NCBI GenBank assembly: GCA_963606965.1
Contig: CAVDAL010000032.1
Span: 25 to 64,024, forward strand
DNA from: Acutalibacteraceae bacterium
GTDB taxonomy: Bacteria > Actinomycetota > Coriobacteriia > Coriobacteriales > QAMH01
Reading direction: 5' to 3'
DNA: 64,000 nucleotides
Below the pieces are notes generated by a model. That model was not told where the DNA came from. It saw only the letters and a program-made list of their open reading frames with translations, and made no database searches. The position numbers were made by a program, and so were the translations under genes. Positions 61,687-64,000 of the stretch are shown here, piece by piece. The first letter of the stretch is position 1. Each line of letters begins with the position of its first letter.

Positions 61687-63425
61687 AGAAGATGATTCAT
61701 TTAACGATAGATGGCATAGAAGTTGAAGTTGAAGAAGGCACGACAATTTTAGAAGCTGCTGAAAAGTGCGGCAAAAAAATTCCAACCCTTTGTGCTTTGA
61801 AAGACATTAATTATCCGGGTTCATGCCGCATTTGTGTTGTGCAAATTGAAGGCGAAGACCGCATGGCTGCATCATGCAATACAGTTGCAAGCGATGGCAT
61901 GGTCATTTACACAAACACGCCAGAAGTTATAAATGCGCGCCGTATGAATTTTGAAATGTTACTTTGCGAACATAATGAAAATTGTACAAGGTGTGCAAGG
62001 GTCGACAGCTGTGCTTTAAAAGCTTTAGCTGCAGATTTATGCGTTGAAAGCTTGCCAATTTCTGCTGTGCCAGTCAAAGAAAATTGGGATGAAACATTCC
62101 CGCTGCAGCGCGACAACACAAAATGTATCAAATGCATGCGCTGTGTTGCTTTTTGTGAAAAAGTGCAAAATTGCGGAGTATGGAGCTTTGCTGGTGCAGG
62201 CGCTCACATGAAGGTCACTGTTAAAGGCGGCGCAGACATTAAAGACGCAGGCTGTGCATTATGTGGCCAGTGTGTGACACATTGCCCAACAGGCGCTTTG
62301 TCTGTTAGAAATGATATTAATAAAATTATTGCTGCGCTGGCAGACCCCGACACAAAAACTGTTGTTCAGGTTGCTCCTGCTGTTCGCAGTTCTTGGGGTG
62401 AAGGTGTTGGCCTTGAACGCGAAGCAGCAACGCAGGGCAAAATGGTTGCAGCTTTGCGCGCGCTTGGCTTTGATTATATTTTTGATACTGACTTTGCAGC
62501 AGATTTAACAATTATGGAAGAAGGGAGCGAAGTTGTTGCAGCTTTGAAAGAAAAACAAGCTGGCAATGTGAATGATCTTCCAATTTTTACAAGCTGCTGT
62601 CCTGGATGGGTCAGGTTTGCAAAGCTGCATTATCCGCAAGTTGTTAGCTTGCTTTCCAGTGCAAAATCACCACACCAGATGCTTGGAGCTGTTATCAAAA
62701 ATACAATGTCAAGCACTGCGCAAGAAGAATATAAGCGCTTGTTTTGTGTTTCAATTATGCCTTGTGTTGCAAAGAAATATGAATGCAGTGTTGATGCTTT
62801 GCATACAGCAGAAGGCAAAGATGTTGACGCTGTTTTGACAGTGCGTGAATTTTGCAGAATGTTAAGAATGTTTTCTGTCGATTGTGCTGGCCTGCAGGAA
62901 GAAGAATTTGATCAGCCGCTTGGAACAAGCACAGGCGCAGGAACAATTTTTGGCCGCACTGGTGGCGTTATGGAAGCTGCCTTGCGCACAGCTGCCTTTG
63001 TTATTACTGGTGAAAATCCAGATTTCAGCACTTGTGACTGCACAAGTGCTACTCCTGAAAAACCATGGGTTAGCAAAAAGCTGAACTTAGCAGGAATTGA
63101 TGTGAATATTGCAATTGCTAGTGGGCTTGGCAATGCATCTAAGCTTCTTGATGCAATGGAAGCAGGCGAAGTTTCATATGACTTTGTTGAAGTTATGGCT
63201 TGCCCAGGTGGGTGCGTTGCTGGTGGCGGGCAGCCAATTCATTACAATGAAGAGCTAGGGCTTGAGCGAGCAAAAGTCTTGAATACACTTGATTCAAATG
63301 ATACTTTGCGCAGGTCGCATGAAAACCCGCAAGTTCAAAAGCTTTATAAAGATTGGTTGGACGAGCCTTTAAGTGAACGTTCACATGCATGGCTTCATAC
63401 AAATCATGAGGAATGGCAAATATAA
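61680..63425 (+). CDS. hydA: [FeFe]-hydrogenase catalytic subunit, CpI-like M3 architecture
   Basis: H-cluster motifs FTSCCPGW, MPCVAKKYE, EVMACPGGCVAGGGQP. N-terminal plant-type [2Fe-2S], a His-ligated cluster (HNENCTRCARVDSC) and two ferredoxin CxxCxxCxxxCP motifs. 7-nt ATGGTAA overlap with the upstream gene. Confidence 0.9.
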   Translation: MVKKMIHLTIDGIEVEVEEGTTILEAAEKCGKKIPTLCALKDINYPGSCRICVVQIEGEDRMAASCNTVASDGMVIYTNTPEVINARRMNFEMLLCEHNENCTRCARVDSCALKALAADLCVESLPISAVPVKENWDETFPLQRDNTKCIKCMRCVAFCEKVQNCGVWSFAGAGAHMKVTVKGGADIKDAGCALCGQCVTHCPTGALSVRNDINKIIAALADPDTKTVVQVAPAVRSSWGEGVGLEREAATQGKMVAALRALGFDYIFDTDFAADLTIMEEGSEVVAALKEKQAGNVNDLPIFTSCCPGWVRFAKLHYPQVVSLLSSAKSPHQMLGAVIKNTMSSTAQEEYKRLFCVSIMPCVAKKYECSVDALHTAEGKDVDAVLTVREFCRMLRMFSVDCAGLQEEEFDQPLGTSTGAGTIFGRTGGVMEAALRTAAFVITGENPDFSTCDCTSATPEKPWVSKKLNLAGIDVNIAIASGLGNASKLLDAMEAGEVSYDFVEVMACPGGCVAGGGQPIHYNEELGLERAKVLNTLDSNDTLRRSHENPQVQKLYKDWLDEPLSERSHAWLHTNHEEWQI

Positions 63426-63462
63426 TATATTTATTAAAATATATATAAGTGTTAAAATAACC

Positions 63463-63506
63463 GGCTGCGACTGCTTGGAATTATTTTCAAGTGCGCAGCC
63501 TTTTTT
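63463..63506 (+). terminator. rho-independent terminator after hydA
   Basis: GGCTGCG / CGCAGCC outer stem with inner CTTGGA/TTCAAG pairing, followed by TTTTTT. Confidence 0.6.
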
Positions 63507-63527
63507 GTATAAATATAGGAGCTGACT

Positions 63528-64000
63528 ATGAATGGAATTTCTTCACCAAAGCAATTTAATTTGAGCATGAGCAAAAGAGTTTTAGCAGCTGTGCTTTCTC
63601 TTGTGCTTGTTGTCGCATTTTTGCCAAGTTTCTTTTTTGCGAGTCTTGGCACTGCATATGCGGAAACACAAACAAGGATATCCGGCGGTTCAACAATTAG
63701 CACTGGTGGCACATATAGGATAGTCTCAGATGCAAATGGTTGCACAGCTGGCTGCATTAAAGTTGAAACAACAGAGGCTGTCACTATTATTGGCGACGGT
63801 ATTGGCTCTGGCAGCGACCTTGGCGATGCTGATAAATATGGCAGCTCTGTTTATTTTGATTGTGTAACTGCTTCTCCAGTCAACTTGACATTCAAGGATG
63901 TGTTTTTGAATGGAAAAAAGCATAATGCAGGTGACATCATAGACGTCTCTGGTAGTGATAACATAATTAATTTCGAAGGCGAAAATATTTTAGACTACGA
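63528..64000 (+). CDS. secreted/surface protein, 5' part only (runs off the window)
   Basis: Not in the track (no stop in the window). SD AGGAG then ATG 63528. Signal peptide ...LPSFFFASLGTAYA|ETQ, then a Gly/Ser/Thr/Asp-rich beta-type sequence. The frame is open to position 64000. Confidence 0.6.
   Translation, partial: MNGISSPKQFNLSMSKRVLAAVLSLVLVVAFLPSFFFASLGTAYAETQTRISGGSTISTGGTYRIVSDANGCTAGCIKVETTEAVTIIGDGIGSGSDLGDADKYGSSVYFDCVTASPVNLTFKDVFLNGKKHNAGDIIDVSGSDNIINFEGENILDY

Noticed and set aside
63452-63784. 110-aa minus-strand ORF after hydA.
   Set aside because: It is antisense to a plus-strand open frame that has a good SD and a signal peptide and continues to the window end. It also spans the hydA terminator.
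1-64000. CRISPR arrays, tRNA/rRNA genes, IS elements, integrases, prophage genes, retron/DGR-type reverse transcriptases and known multi-gene defence systems.
   Set aside because: Scanning the intergenic regions and ORF translations showed none of the following: repeat-spacer periodicity, cloverleaf-like GTTCGAATC-type T-arms, transposase DDE or integrase R..HxxR..Y motifs, or defence-system hallmark domains. The only exceptions are the small TA pair and the Fic gene. A computational scan (tRNAscan-SE, Infernal, DefenseFinder/PADLOC) is still needed for certainty.

Overview
Gene-dense, AT-rich bacterial chromosomal window with about 60 protein-coding genes on both strands. By eye I found no rRNA, tRNA, CRISPR array, transposase or integrase.

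Housekeeping blocks:
- adenine deaminase (cut by the left edge)
- lemA/DUF2207
- a membrane-lipid trio (UPF0104 flippase-like, pssA, psd)
- an FNT channel, tcdA, a purF-like gene and purL
- a glycine-riboswitch-controlled agcS symporter
- ileS-lspA-rluD-srtB-thiN
- rpsB-tsf-gltX
- a six-gene shikimate/chorismate operon (aroB-aroA-aroC-CM-aroE-aroQ)
- a complete [FeFe]-hydrogenase operon (hydE-hydG-hydF-NuoF/GltD-like-hydA)

Accessory content:
- an AT-rich islet with a Phd/ParE-type toxin-antitoxin pair
- a Fic protein with degenerate motifs
- a LOG-family gene
- an APH-like kinase, a nucleoside-hydrolase-like gene and a paired SMR locus
- a DUF4418 plus MacB-type ABC module
- secreted SH3b and surface proteins

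Best candidates for undescribed biology:
1. 12.4-21 kb. Two paralogous BioB/HydE-like radical SAM genes flank a 720-aa fusion of a SufS-like desulfurase with an unassigned N-terminal domain. The fusion operon has a riboswitch-like terminator-containing leader. An ArsM-family methyltransferase and a THI5-like ABC importer sit next to the cluster.
2. 33.3-38 kb. A second SufS-like fusion with a carrier-protein-like N-terminus is co-transcribed with a 507-aa sugar-isomerase-like unknown. A PucR regulator is encoded divergently.
3. 10.4-10.6 kb. A promoter-plus-terminator-delimited, CU-rich candidate sRNA lies in a convergent intergenic gap.

Limits: all calls rest on motif recognition and manual folding by eye. 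No database search, HMM, covariance model or energy calculation was run. Start codons are often ambiguous because TTG and GTG starts occur. The taxon cannot be fixed; the gene content suggests an anaerobic Gram-positive organism (Firmicutes or a low-GC Coriobacteriia-like lineage), which is inference only.
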